A stretch of 64,000 nt of DNA from Octopus sinensis (Eukaryota), in assembly GCF_006345805.1 (NCBI RefSeq), contig NC_043006.1, positions 59,706,001 through 59,770,000 on the forward strand. The letters are read 5' to 3'. Under the pieces are notes generated by a model, which was not told the DNA's origin, searched no databases, and saw only the letters and a list, made by a program, of their open reading frames with translations. The stretch's first letter is position 1. The number at the start of each line of letters is the position of its first letter. This document shows positions 26,399 through 41,300 of the stretch, piece by piece. A program made the translations under genes and the position numbers.

Positions 26399-29300
26399 CA
26401 AATATATACATACATATATATATATATACAAATATATACATACATATATATATATATACAAATATATACATACATATATATATATATACAAATATATACA
26501 TATATATATATATATATACAAATATATACATATATTAATATATTACAAATACACATACATAAATACATACATAGAAACATAATTAATAATACCGGTCCAG
26601 GAAATAGATGGTAAATGTTTTTATTTTTCATTCCCTTCGAGACTTTATCCCCAATTAGTGGTTTGGACTTTAGCTGTTCCTTCTAGCGTGAGGCAGTCCA
26701 ATGATGGACACCTCTTATTGTGTTTAGATGTACACTGTATTTTATACATACAAACATATGTACTCACCTACCATATCAATGTAACTCAATTTCTTTGTAG
26801 ACGACCTGAAGATTTATGCTAAAAGTGTGAACAATGCTTAAAAACAACTGGAATTAATAACCTTTTCAGCTGAGATAGGCATGGAATTTGACCAAAAGAA
26901 AAGTTCAAATTTGGTTATAGAACAAGGAAAGTCAGTACCCCAAACGCAAAACCAGTGCATCAGCGGTCTCTCTCGCTTCCTCCCTCTCTCTCTCTGTCTT
27001 TTTATGTATATACTCTTTACTCTTTTACTTGTTTCAGTCATTTGACTGCGGCCATGCTGGAGCACCGCCTTTAGTCAAGCAAATCAACCCCGGGACTTAT
27101 TCTTTGTAAGCCCAGTACTTATTCTATCGGTCTCTTTTGCTGAACCGCTAAGTGACGGGGACGTAAACACACCAGCATCAGTTGTCAAGCAATGCTAGGG
27201 GGACAAACACATACAGACACATACACATATATATATACATATATACGACAGGCTTCTTTCAGTTTCCGTCTACCAAATCCACTTACAAATACACTTCCAT
27301 AAATACATATGTACATACATACATACAGGTATAAAAACAGACATGCATATATAATTACATATATATACATACACGCATACATGTATAACAAAATATGATA
27401 GCAGAGTGTGTAAAGTAATATTTAAGTTGAATGATTAACTTAAAACCAACTGGAATTAATTCCAACCTTTTCAGCTGCTATTGCTAGACAGCCGTTCATC
27501 CGACCTTTCAACAGGTCTTGTTTTTAATTTTGTTGGGTTTCTAGCAACGCTCCTCATCGGATATCCAGGTGGGGTTGCCAGTTTAGTTGCTGACAACCCA
27601 ACCATGCAACTGGTTGTACTGGATTCCATGTTACCAACAGCACTTATGAGAGCCTTGTAAGTGACCTGACATACAGACAGACATACATAGATACATACAT
27701 ACATACATATATATTTGCATACTTACAAACACATACATACAGACATACATACATGCATACATACATGCATGCATACATACATACGTACAGACATACAGCA
27801 TGCATACTTGCATGCATGCATACATACATACACAATTACATATATACATACAAACATACACACACATACATATATACATGCATACATAAATACATATGCA
27901 CATACATGCAGATTCATACATGCATGCAAACACACATACATACACATATATACACACATACATATGCACCACCAGTTTTAGACGTATCAGTTTTCCGATT
28001 CAGTGTTCTGTCTGACATTTGAAATCAGGATAAAAATTCTTAAAATATTTGAAACAAACTCAAAATAAAGAAACAGGATAGAAATTGATTGTTGCATAAC
28101 AAAATATGATAGCAGAGTGTATAAAGTAATATCTATGTTGACCTATTTCTCAATCACAATGTGACTAACATCTCAGGTGTGGCAGTATTGGTTGACGATA
28201 TGAAATTACAGCAGGTGTGTTCATTATTCTTGATAATTTAAGGAAAGTGATCCTCTCTAAAATTAACGATGATTATCTTGTTGCTGGTGGTGGTGGTGTT
28301 TTTGTGTGTGTGTGTGTGTGTGTGTGTATTTGATATTGTTGGCATTGTTATTGTTGTTGCCCTCTCTTTCAGTTATCTGATCAAATGGCTGAATTGCAGC
28401 CACACATATATTGTCCCTGATATACATATGACTGCATCAAGCTGACACCATAGAGCACGGATTCGATGTGTGTCGCGGGAAATGCGGCCACGTCTACCTC
28501 TTGTGCTATCTCTAGTGAACATTTAATTCTAGTGAGTTCTAATTTTAGATGTTGTTGTCCAGCTCCCACATCATCTCTAATCCAGAAATAATTTGCTTAA
28601 AGACGTTCTAGCCATGACCATCCTGTCTTTTGGCTATGAGTAATGTTGAAATTACATTATCTACAATAACCTTTCTTTCTTATAAAAGTAAGGCGTGAGC
28701 TGAGTGAGGTTTAGCTGCTTTTTCTATCGGGTCTTCATGATAGCCAATTGACAGCTTTGCAGTAATTGTTGCGGTTCTCTATGTTCTAAGATCAAATCCA
28801 GCTGAAGTCAAATTCTTTCAGGGTCAATTGATAGCTACCATATCTAAGAAGTGCACTGATCCCATTAAGGGCCCCACGCAAGGCATTTAAATAACTCGCA
28901 GAGTTGGTCTGAGCAGAAATGTGTAGGTTGGTTGTGGTAGTGTTGATGATGCAGGTGGTGGTGTTGGTGGTGGCGATGGTATAGGTAGCAGAAGTGATGG
29001 TGGTTGGGGTCATGGTGATAGTGGTGGTCCTTTTTGCAAGGAAAGGTCAGTTTTGGAGTAGTTGTAGCTGTTTGGCCACAATTCAGCCCAGGTCCTTCAA
29101 ACGTAGAATCAAAGACACTCCATCCATGACATACTCTTTGGATTAACTTTTCACACTATCCCACCACTGGTTGAAAATATTAAGTAGCAATAATATACTG
29201 TTCCTGTTTATCTCATCTAATTCTCTTTCTCAGGTTTTGAGGCATTGTGTAGGCTATGGGCACTGCCTTAATTTCTTTCACTAATTAATTAGCATGCTTT

Positions 29301-32300
29301 ATGCACAAATACTTTATATGCATATATATGTGCATTAGTCTTTGATTGCTACATGCACATGCTGCACGCACATGTATATATTCATTTGTTTGTGTTCGTA
29401 CATACATAAAAACAACACAAGAATCTCAAAACGAACTTCAATACAATATATCTCAAAATAACGAGGGGAATATCCGAGTGGATTTTGACATCAAATTACC
29501 AATCGAACCCCGATGGATCCAGGTACACTCCAAGGCTGGCCATTTTGCTGGTTCACAGTCTATTCAATGTGAAATTTCTTTTCATCAGTGAACAGCAGTT
29601 AGGGCAGCATGCCTTCAACAATCTCCTTGGAGAGTATTAAGATTGTATTTCGGTCTAGAGTCATTATCTAATCCATAAATCTGAATTTATTTGGTCTGAA
29701 GCAAACACAAGACAGACTATCTATTGATAGTCATTAAAGCCCGAAACTTTGGTTCCCTTAATTTCGGAATACCTTCTATAAACCCCCAACTCACGCATTA
29801 TCATTATTTCCTTCTCTCTTCCTCCCACTCCACAATTTCTCTCTCTCACCACCCTCTCTTTCTCTCTCTGTATATACATATATATATATATACTTTATTT
29901 AAAAGCAGAAGAAATATAACAAAAGCTGTTACTCAGAGTTTCACGTTCCCGTTTGTCAGACAGTTTTGTGCTTACTCCAGTTCATATATATATATATATA
30001 TATATATACACATGTATATGGAGCCAGCCTACGTATGCATACCTTCCCTTCTTGGGACACAAAACTCTACTTGTGAAGACCTGTTGAGGCAAGTGAGATC
30101 AGAATCGAAATCGATCAATGGAAATTGCAGATGTGTTACCAGTGCCGGTGGCATGTAAGAGAACCTTCCGTTTCGCGACCGTTGCCAGCGCTGCCCCGAC
30201 TGGCCTCGTGCCGGTGGCACGTAAATAGCACCATCCGTTCGTGTCCGTTGCCAGCCTCGCCTGGCCCTCGTGCCGGTGGCACATAAATAGCACCATCCGT
30301 TCGTGGCCGTTTGCCAGCTCTGTCTGGCACCTGTGTGGGTGGCACGTAAAAAGCACCCACTACACTCACGGAGTGGTTGGCGTTAGGAAGGGCATCCACC
30401 CGTAGAAACACTGCCAGATCTGACTGGGCCTGATGAAGCCTTCTGGCTTTACAGACCCCAGTAGAACCGTCCAACCCATGCTAGCATGGAAAGCGGACGC
30501 TAAACGATGATGATGATGATGATGATATATATATATATATCATCATCATCATTCAGCGTCCACTTTCCATGGGTTGGACGGTTCAACTGGGGTCTGGGAA
30601 GCCAGAAGGCTGCACCAGGCCCAGTCTGATCTGGCAATGTTTCTACGGCTGGATGCCCTTCCTAACGCCAACCACTCCGTGAGTGTAGTGGGTGCTTTTT
30701 ATATGTATGTATGTATGTATATAAACAAGGATAAAATCGTTAATTTAATTATCGATCTTATCAAGTGGCCAGCATGGGAATAAAAACCTTCAAAGGTAAT
30801 AATTATTATTAAAATTATAATTAAGAGTATCTAAGAGATACCCTATATATATATATGTATATTATATATATATAATATAAATAATGTATGTATATATATA
30901 TATGAATATATAAATAATGTTATGATATCCTATATATATATATATATATATATTTATAAATAATGTTATGATAAAAGCACAACTCTTGTTAAATACAGCT
31001 ACCCAGGGTTTCCTGGCCAAAACAATAACATACACTCAGAGAAAACTGGGCATAAGAAGAACTAGATGTAGTGTGCAAGAAAGAAGTCTGCTCAGGAACA
31101 GGCAAGTGATGTGTATGGATGAGGACAGCTGTGCATGCATGCATGCATGCACGGCTGTCATTCAAACATATGTACGTACTCATGAACATACATACATGAC
31201 TGAAATGCATGTACGTACATATGTACACTGACTGAAACAAATATAAGGTTGTCCCAAAAGTTCGTAGAAAGTCTTGGAAAATAATGGTCTTTATTTTGAG
31301 GAATAATTTTTGTTGTTTTTGTTAGTACTTGGCAAGTAAAAATTCAATTTTCGCAAGTGTTTACGAACTTTTGGGACAACCTAATAATAGATTACCTACT
31401 CGAGTGAAATTATCAGGTAATTTTAGATAAAGAAAATTGGAATAGTAGGATGCACTGTGTGTTTCTGGGCAACACAAAACTTACCGTCCCCGTTTTACCA
31501 GCAACTAAACTGTTTTGCATTTTCATAGCTTCCAGAACACACAGTTCTTGACCTTCAGATACCTGGAAATATAAAGTACGTTTATTTGTAGAAAGAAGTA
31601 AAAGATTAGAGGAGGAAGTGAAAGCGGGAAGATTTATATGAAATTAGCAGCATAGCCCGGCATTGCCCGGGTATGTAAGAGCCCCTGGAGCAGACATGAT
31701 GCTCGCTGTGAATTTTAAAAAAATTCCTGCCAATTTGTGAAAGATATTGTCGAAAATATGTCATCTTGAATTTAAACGCGATTTCCCAAAATGGCATGAT
31801 TTTATCGACTTTTTCTGATGGTAAGGTATTGCATGGAAAACTAACGTCAGAATTAAGTTTCTTAGGATAACATTAAGCTTCACCATGAGTTTGGTGAAAA
31901 TCGATTGCAAGTTGCGAAAACTACAACAGAAAATGTGTTGCAAATAAAAAGCTTAGATTCTCGACCCCATGTCGAATTTATCAATTTTTTTCAGAACTGG
32001 GGGAACTTTTCAAAATTTTCGCTGCGTTAGTTTTGAATTATGACATTGGGTTATGTCTGTGTCAAGTTTCATCTGAATCGATTGAAAGCTGTGGTCAGGG
32101 TGAGGGTACAACCTGACAGACACACAGACAGACAAACTGCCGTTTATATAGAGATACAACAACAAAAAAAAAAATACTTCAGCTCAACCCTTTTGATATT
32201 AACTTGCCTGCAACCACACATAGTTCGGTGATACAAACTTCCTGTTTAAAGTGATCTAATTTAAGATCTCCCTTCATAATTTCCTACTAATTAATTTTCC

Positions 32301-35300
32301 AAACACCAGATTAATAAGGACAGAATTATTTTGACTAAACTCCTCATTATTTTCAAAATTCATTGAAACAAAGGCAGAGTATTTCAACAAAAATATGGTA
32401 ACAAAAGGGTTAAAGTGATCTAAATAATAATCTTTCAACAAAATTTCATGTCAATTTAACCTTTTTGATACCAACCCGGCGAAAACCAGCTCTGGCTCTG
32501 TAGTACAAATGTCTTGTTTTCATAAGTATTGAATTAAAATCTTCCACCAAACCTTAGTCACAATTTATGTTCCCAACACTAGCTTAATGATAACTAAGAT
32601 ATTTTATTAAATTCTTTGTTATATTTAAAATTAATTGGATGAAACACAGAGCATCTCAAAATAAATACGGTAACGAAAGGGTTAATATCCAAACACCAGC
32701 TTAATAATGACAAAGGCTTAAATCTATTTAAAAATAGGCTTAAAGCTATTTATAAAAAAGGATTAAATCTATTTAAAATAAAACACATTGAAATGTGGCC
32801 TCATTCATATATATCATCGTCATAAGCCAACCAGATTGAACGAGCCTTCACAATAACACCTTTCCACAAGAATCAATCTAATTTAACATAATGTCATCTG
32901 TTAGAACCATCATTCACAATACACCATCAATGAAGACATACATATATCCTTATCACCATCATTTAACATCTATTTTCCATGCTGGTATAGGTCGGACAGT
33001 TTGACCAGAGGTGGCAGGCAGGAGAGCTGCACCACCAGGTTCCAGTCTGATTTGGCTTGGTGTCTACGGCTGGATGCCTTGCTAACACCAACCACTTTAC
33101 AGTGTGTGCTGGGTGCTTTCTATGTGGCATCAGCAAAGGTGTTTTTCCATGGTACCAGCATAGATGCTTTTACAAGGTGGTATCAAAAAGTTCTCAGGCT
33201 AGTTCTGAAGTGCACCAACAGATGGCAGCACATGGTTGCATGCGCAATGACAACTAGCAGTGACCTTCATGAAGCAGTGTGTTGAGTGATATCACTGTGT
33301 TTACTTCACGAGTTGTGAAATTTGTATTTTTGTAATCAGGTGTATGCTGTAGTCTGCAATTTTGTCATGGACAGGAAGTTGCAACAAAGAACCAGCATGA
33401 AATTTTGTGTTAAACTTGGGAAGTCTGCTACAGAGACACTGAGCATGCTTTGGAAAGCTTACAGCAATGAGGCAATAGGTTGTATGCAATGTTTCGAGTG
33501 GTGTAGGCACTTCAAAAGCAGAAGAACGTCCCTGGAAGACAATGAGTGATCCGAAAGGCCTACCACATGCGTCATCCCCAGAAATGTGGAGAAAATTCCT
33601 TAGCTTGTGCATGAGAACGGTCAGAGGACAATCAACAACATTGCTGATGTTGTTGGCCTGTCATATGGATCTGAGCAGGCAATTTTAATGCAATTTTAAT
33701 ACACAGCGTATCTCTGTCAAGTTTGTCCCTCGCCTGCTGAGCAGAAAGAACATCACAAAGTCTGTCAAGATCTCCATCAGCATGCTGTTGATGACCCACC
33801 CTGCATGTCACGGCCGCCTCTTTCGTGTCGCCGGCACGGCCGCCTCTCTCGTGTCCCCGGCACGGCTGCCTCTCTCGTGTCGCCGGCATGGCTGCCTCTC
33901 TCGTGTCACCGGCATGGCTGCCTCTCTCGTGTCGCCGTCACGGCTGCCTCTTGTGTGTTGCCGGCACGGCTGCCTCTCGCATGTCACCGGCACGGGTGCC
34001 ACTCACATGTCGCCAGCACAGGTGCCACTCACATGTCTAAAAAATATTTTAATGATCCTGTCCAGTATACTTTTGATGACACGTATTTTCAAATAGTGTT
34101 GACTAAAAGCTAATCAATGAGACTTCAGCTCAACCATATCTAAGTTTAAGAGGAAGTGGCGGGAATCACAATTGAACAATGTTGTAAGCAGAGCAAAACA
34201 TACCACATCACCAGCAGCAACAGCAATAGACTTTAGAATTCCAGGCATTGGTGCTACAAGCATACTGCTTCGGTCAACTTCCTGTTTAACAGGCATGTAC
34301 TTCATCAGATCAGCTGCCAGTTCATCAAGTATGTTGATCTTAAACTGTCAAGGAAGAAGATTATTTTATAGTCACTTCAGATAATTTACAAATCTCAATT
34401 GCAATCAAATTTTAAATAACCTGACATTAAAAATAAATAGAAAATTTCATATATTTTTTTTACTCCTGGAAAATATTCATTGATGCCTCTACTCTAGACC
34501 TTTCTTTATTATAATTTATTATTGCCAAGAATGTGGCACAACTGATGTGAGAGAGTTGTTTTTCATTCATAAGACAGAACTAAATAATATCAATTATAAT
34601 AATATTTTTCTATTAATTAAGGTAGTGAGTTGGCAGAATCATTAGCATGCTAGGCAAAATGCTGAGTGGCATTTCATTCATTTTTATGTTCTGAGTTCAA
34701 ACTCTGCCGAAACTGACTTTGCCTTTCATCCTTTCAGGATCAATAAAAATAAGTACCATTTAAGTACTGAAGTTGATGTACTCAACTAAACTCCTTGAAA
34801 GTGCTGGCCTTGTACCAAAATTTGAAACAATTATAATTTTCTAAAGGCACAAGGCCCAAAATTTTAGGTGAAGGATTAAATCAATAACTAGTACTCAATG
34901 GGAATTTATTTTATCAGCCCCAATAGTATGAAAGGAGAAGTCAACCTCAACAGGATTTGAACTAAAAATGTAAAAAGCTGGAAGGAATGTCACAAAGCAT
35001 TTTATCCACTGCACTAACAATTCCACAAGCTTACCCATAATAATGATGATTCTGTTATAGGCACAAGACCTGAAATTTGGGGAACTAGCTGGTTAATTAG
35101 ATTGACTCTGTGCTCAACTAGTATTTATTTTATCAACCCTGAAAGGATGACAGACAAAGTCAACTCAGATGGAATTGGAACTCAGAATGAAAAACCGGAG
35201 GAAATACCTATTTCTTTATTACCCACAAGGGGCTAAACATAGAGGGGACAAACAAGGACAGACAAAGGGATTAAGTCAATTACATCGACCCAGTGCATAA

Positions 35301-38300
35301 CTGGTACTTAATTTATCGACTCCGAAAGGACGAAAGGCAAAGTCGACCTCGGCGGAATTTGAACTCAGAACGTAAAGACAGACGAAATACCACTAAGCAT
35401 TTCGCCTGGCATGCTAACATTTCTGCCAGCTCACAAGAGGAAATACCACAAAGCATTTTGTCTGACATGCTTATAATTCTGCCAGTTTGCCATCTTATAA
35501 TAATCCTTTCTAATAAAGGCACAAGGCCTGAAATTTTGTGGGGTGGGAAATGGTCGATTACATCAATCCCAGTGTTTCATTGACCCCGAAAAGATGAAAG
35601 GCAGAGTCAACCATGGCAGAATTTGAACTCAGAATGTGCGGATAGACAAAATACTACTCAACATTTTGCCCAACAATTTTAGGGCAAGATGTGTTCTAAA
35701 AAGAGTAATTCATGTAAGAAAGGAAAGTAAATACAATCCTCTATCAGCACTGTGTATACTGGTCCAGCCATTTATGTGGGACTGTTACATCTGCCTCGTT
35801 TGAGGCCAATTGCAAGAACTTGGTTATTGAGGCTGCCTTATCTGTTCATTTTGAATAATAGGCATAGGAGTGGCTGTGTGGTAAGTAGCTTGCTTACCAA
35901 CCACATAAGTTCCGGGTTCAGTCCCACTGTGTGGCAAGTGTCTTCTACTATAGCCTCTGGCCGACCAAAGCCTTGTGAATGGATTTGGTAGACAGAAACT
36001 GAAAGAAGCCTGTTGTGTATATATATATATATATGTATGTGTGCATATATGTTTGTGTGTCTGTGTTTGTCACCCCAACATCGCTTGACAACCGATGCTG
36101 GTGTGTTTATGTCCCCGTAACTTAGTGGCTCGGCAAAAGAAACCGATAGAATAAGTACTAGGCTTACAAAAAATAAGTCCTGGGGTCGATTTGCTCGACT
36201 AAAAGCAGTGCTCCAGCATGGCCACAGTCAAATGACTGAAACAAGTAAAAGAGAAAGAGTAAAAGAGTAATACACAAGTCTAACCATTTGCTTCCCCACT
36301 TCTGTAGAAAACATGACAACTGGTATTAGTCTGTGGAGTGTTTTACAGAGTGGATTCTGCCTTTGCATGCATCTAGGTGTAAGAATTAGAGAAATGGAAG
36401 CTTGAGATGGCTTCTTGAAAGCAATCTGCCAGTAAGAGTGCATTCTTTGCTTGTTAGCAGAATATGTTCAACCTCAATGAGGAAGAATCTCTTGGAGAGG
36501 ATCTATGGGAAGTATCCAACACCTACAGTTGTAATAGAGGAGGTCTACAAAGACTGACTCCCCACTCCAGGCTCACGTATTGACATAAATTAATATTCAG
36601 CTTCTAAACAATTAGCTAAAACAAAAGGGTCGAGTATGTTTCCTTTTAATAGGAATAAACATAAATGAAAAGTGGGTGGTGGTGATGGTGATAGCAAGTC
36701 ACAGGTGTGACAACACAATTACTAAATGTATATTAGTGCACCTGGAATTGTATAGTTACTAAACAAACTCATTAAGAGTTTTATTACATTGATCAATGGA
36801 AATTATTGATATATGAAAATTAAATACTCCACCTTGATAAAAAGAGTAGCATTTGTACTAAGACTACCATTCACACTAATACTACTATCAGTGCACTTAA
36901 CAAGGTACAGTTTCAGTTTATCTTTGGTTACTGAGATACCTCATTGACCTGAGATAAGCTAAACAACTGTTTTCTAGATACATTAGAGTATCATTAGTAA
37001 ATAATCTCATATCTAAGGTCAAGAAACAGATTTGAAAGTAAGCAACCTGTAACTGGTCAAAAGTTAAATACTACACTAATAACACTTTCAAGGCACATTT
37101 TCTTGGCATATTTAATGACATGTCAGTCCCAATGAAAGGCATTTTCTCCCATCTCTTTATGGTTAGGTTAAGACAGCGGTATGTAAATCGAGGGAGATAT
37201 AGTTGTTATTTCAGTCAAATCCTTCTGAGTAGGTTTGATACACAAAAACTAAAGAAGCTTGTTATACATATACCGTAAATCCTCGAGTATAGTCCGCCCT
37301 TGAGTATAATATGCAGGGGATTTTTAGGGGGCTGTACCTCTGAAAAACCTAAACCTTGTGTATAATACGCACTCCTTCTCTAACTTGAGTTGTGCGTAAT
37401 TAAGCCAGCAGCACCTAGTTGAACAAACACTTCCATGCATGCTTAATATAATAATGGTGATGTTTTTAACTGTTATATGGGAATGTAAATATGTTTGCAA
37501 ATTGTTTTTGTTACATGTTATTCTGTGTTCGGAATACTTTTATTTTAATAAATGTTGCTTACTGCAAGTTATGGATGATTCTTTTATGACTTTATTGCTA
37601 TCAGGCTTAGCTTAATGTATTTTCGTGCCAGAAATCACAAAATGCTTCTGAATAAACATTGCCGGACAGCAAATATAGACTCGGGCATTGCTTAGAAAAT
37701 ATTTTTCATTTTTAACCTTGTATATAGTACGCACTAGAGATTTTGACCTTTAAATTTTGGGAAAAAAATGCGGATTATACTCAAGGATTTACAGTAGATA
37801 TACTTACATGTGTGTGCTATGTGTGTTTCCCTATGTCATGAGAACCTACTCAAAAGTGGTATAAAAGATTAAAAGAAGGTACCCAGTTTTTATGAATTTG
37901 ACACCTTGGGGGCAGAAGGACAGCTACAGAGGATGACCTTATATAAATGCAACTGACTAATGAACAAATCCCTGTCAGTGGTCTAAAATATTGTAATTTC
38001 AGCAAATAATGTTGTATCGGCCAATTAGTGATAATAATGGTACCATAAAAGAAATTACTGTCTCACATGTAGCTAAGAATCATCAAAAGAAGGTAACCTG
38101 CAAGTTTTGAGATCATACACATGAGGACAGATGTCCTGCTTTTGCAAAAACCTGTGGTGTATGTAAGAAGAACCACTTTCAGTTAGTTTCTTGGTCCATA
38201 AGAAAATCTTCTGATAATGTACATGAAGTTGATGCTGATGTAAATTATGTGACCAAGAATCTGGTAATGTCTTCAGCAATGGAGACAGTAATGTGAATTA

Positions 38301-41300
38301 TTTGATTTGGATTAAGATCAACAACATCAAAGTGTTAATGCAAATAGACCCCAGCAATGATCTAACAATTATACCACAAAATTCCTGGATAGAACTAAAA
38401 TTTCCAAAATTGAAACCACGTCATGCTTGCCTCAAACAGTTTGACACCTAAGTAATTAAATTAATGAGACAGTTTGAAGGTACTTTAACCCTTTCATTAC
38501 CAACCTGGCTGAAACTGGCTCTGGTTCTGAGTACAAATATCTTGTTTTCATAAGTTTTGAATTAAAATCTTCCTCCAAACCTTAGTCACAATTTATGTTC
38601 CTAACACTAGCTGAATGATTACTAAGTTGTTTTACTAAATTCTTTGTTATATTTTAAATTAATTGAAAAAAACACAGAGCATCTCAAAATAAATACAGTA
38701 ACGAAAGGGTTAAAATTTGAAACTATGGAAGATTAAGTCAATGTCACTGTTGCAGAATCCTTTCAGAGGAATGGTCTGATTGGAGCAGATGTTTTGAGGA
38801 GTGATGCTACAACACTTATCCATCTGCAAAAAATTTGGGTGTCTTTAAGGTTATAAAGCCAATATAAAAATTAAATTAAATCTCGACAACTTCCTATCTA
38901 CATTTATACTTTAGTTGTAGCCAAATTAAAGAAAATGATAGTTAACGACTTATTAAAGAAAGCTGAAACAGGAGAAAGTAAGCGGGTTTCTCTGATGGTT
39001 GTAGTTTGTAAACCCAATGGTGATTTATGTATATGTGTTGATTATAAGATAGGATCGAATCCCAATATTGCTCTGATTCTTATCCTACACCTAGTGTTGA
39101 GATGGTATTACACAAGTAGGAAGCTATGAAGTATTTCACACATGTTTAAGTGGGGATAAATATTACCATAAGTTGATTCGGTTACCGCATACCATGAAAT
39201 TGAAATATCCAATGAAGTCCAGGAAATAATGACTGTTAGTACTCCGCATGGATTATTACAGTGGACACATCTACCACAGGGTACAAAAGCAGCTAGTGCT
39301 ATCTCTCAGCAAGTCTGGAGAATGTATTGGTAGACATTACAGGTGTAATTACTTACAAGGTGACATATATAATAAATACACACACATAAATGTGAATGTA
39401 GGCAAGATCAAGTGGTTAAGAAGTCCATTTTACAATTATAGGATCACAGATTCATCTTAGTCTATGATATCTTGGGGACAAGTACTGAGTCCAAGACTTT
39501 TAGTAACTAAACTTTTAGTTATGTAGAGTATAATTTGTGGATATTTGTTTCTTTATTACCCACAAGGGACTAAACACAGAGGGGACAAACAAGGACAGAC
39601 AAACGGATTAAGTCAATTATATCAACCCCAGTGCGTAACTGGTACTTAATTTATCGACCCCGAAAGGATGAAAGGCAAAGTCGACCTCGGCGGAATTTGA
39701 ACTCAGAACGTAGCTGCAGACGAAATACGGCTACGCATTTCGACTGGCGTGCTAATGTTTCTGCCAGCTCGCCGCCTGGATATTTGTGTGTATTATCACC
39801 ATCATTTTAATGTCTGCTATTCCATGCTTTCATGCTTCAGACAAAATTTGTTGAGGCTGATTTGCTATGCCCTGCAAGGCACTCATTTACAACTACCATG
39901 CATGTCAAAACAAACAGACACAAACACACACATGACAGGCTTCTTTCAGGTTAGGTCTACTAGATCTATTCACAAGGCTTTGGTCGGCCTAGGCAGGGTT
40001 ATAGTGGAAGACACTTGCCTAGGATGACACACAGTGGGCAGAAAGACTGAATCAGGAACTTTTCAAGCACACAGCCACATCTGCATATATATGTGTATGT
40101 GTGTGTGTGTCCATCCACATGTTACCATTGTTGAAGCTGTTTAGCATGCAAGAACCAGTGGAATGAAATACCTTATTTGAAAACATGAGTTGGTATCAGG
40201 AAGGCATCTGGTTATAGAATACTGCCTCAAGATCTCATCTAATCCATGCCAACATGAGAAAAGTGAACATAAAAGCATGATATGGTGTGTGAGGGGAATT
40301 AAATACCTCTAACTTAATATTCCTGTAAATGAGAATTCATTATTATTATTATTATTACTAGCTGATGTGCCCAGTAATTCCCAGAAAAGCTGGCTTGTCC
40401 CTTGGTGCCATTCTCATAATTGTTTCGCTAATCCGACAACTGTTGCTACATTCTGTTCAAATTCTGCCTTTCAACTTTTTGGGGTTGATAAATAAAGTAG
40501 CAGTGAAACACTGGGGTTAATGTAATTGACTAGCCTCCTTCTGCCAAATTTCAGGCCTCGTGCCTTTAGTAGAAAGGATTATTATTATTATTATTATTAT
40601 TAAGGAGGTAAGCTGGCAGAATCGTTAGCATGCCAGGTGAAATGATTGGCGGTATTTCATCTATCTTTATATTCTAGGTTCAAATTCTGCCAAGGTCAAC
40701 TTTGCCTTTCTTCCTTTCAATAAATTAAATACTGGTGAAACACTAGGGCTGATGTAATCAATTAGTCCCTTCCCCCACAAATTTCAGACCTTGTGCCTTT
40801 AAGGGCATCCAGCCATAGAAACATTGCCAGATCAGACTGGGCCTGGTGCAGCCTTCTGGCTTCCCAGACCCCAGTTGAACTGTCCAACCCATGCCAGCAT
40901 GGAAAGCGGACACTAAATGATGATGATGATGATGATGATGATGATTAAGGTGGCAGATTGGCAGACTCATTAGAATGTCAGACAAAATGTTTAGCAGCAC
41001 ATTTTCAAGCTTTATATTCTGAGTTCAAACTCTGCTAAGGTTGATTTTGCCTTTTATCCTTTTGGGGTTGACAAAATAAGCACCATTTGAACACTGGGCT
41101 CAATGTAATCAAATTATCCCTCCCCTAGAATTGCTGGCCTTGTGCGAAAATTGAGGTTGAACTCTAACTGGAATTATTTTGGATCCAACCCTGCCACCCC
41201 ACCCCACCAGTAAGTGTAGGTATCAATAAAATAACTACCAGCAAAACAATATGTTGTCATTTAATGGATAGTTACAAATTTTTAAAAATGTAAAATGAAT

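Noticed and set aside
26079-26631. Tyr/Ile-rich ORFs
   Set aside because: AT microsatellite artefacts.
33805-34037. CRISPR-like periodicity
   Set aside because: Head-to-tail units with no unique spacers, no cas genes, eukaryotic intron.
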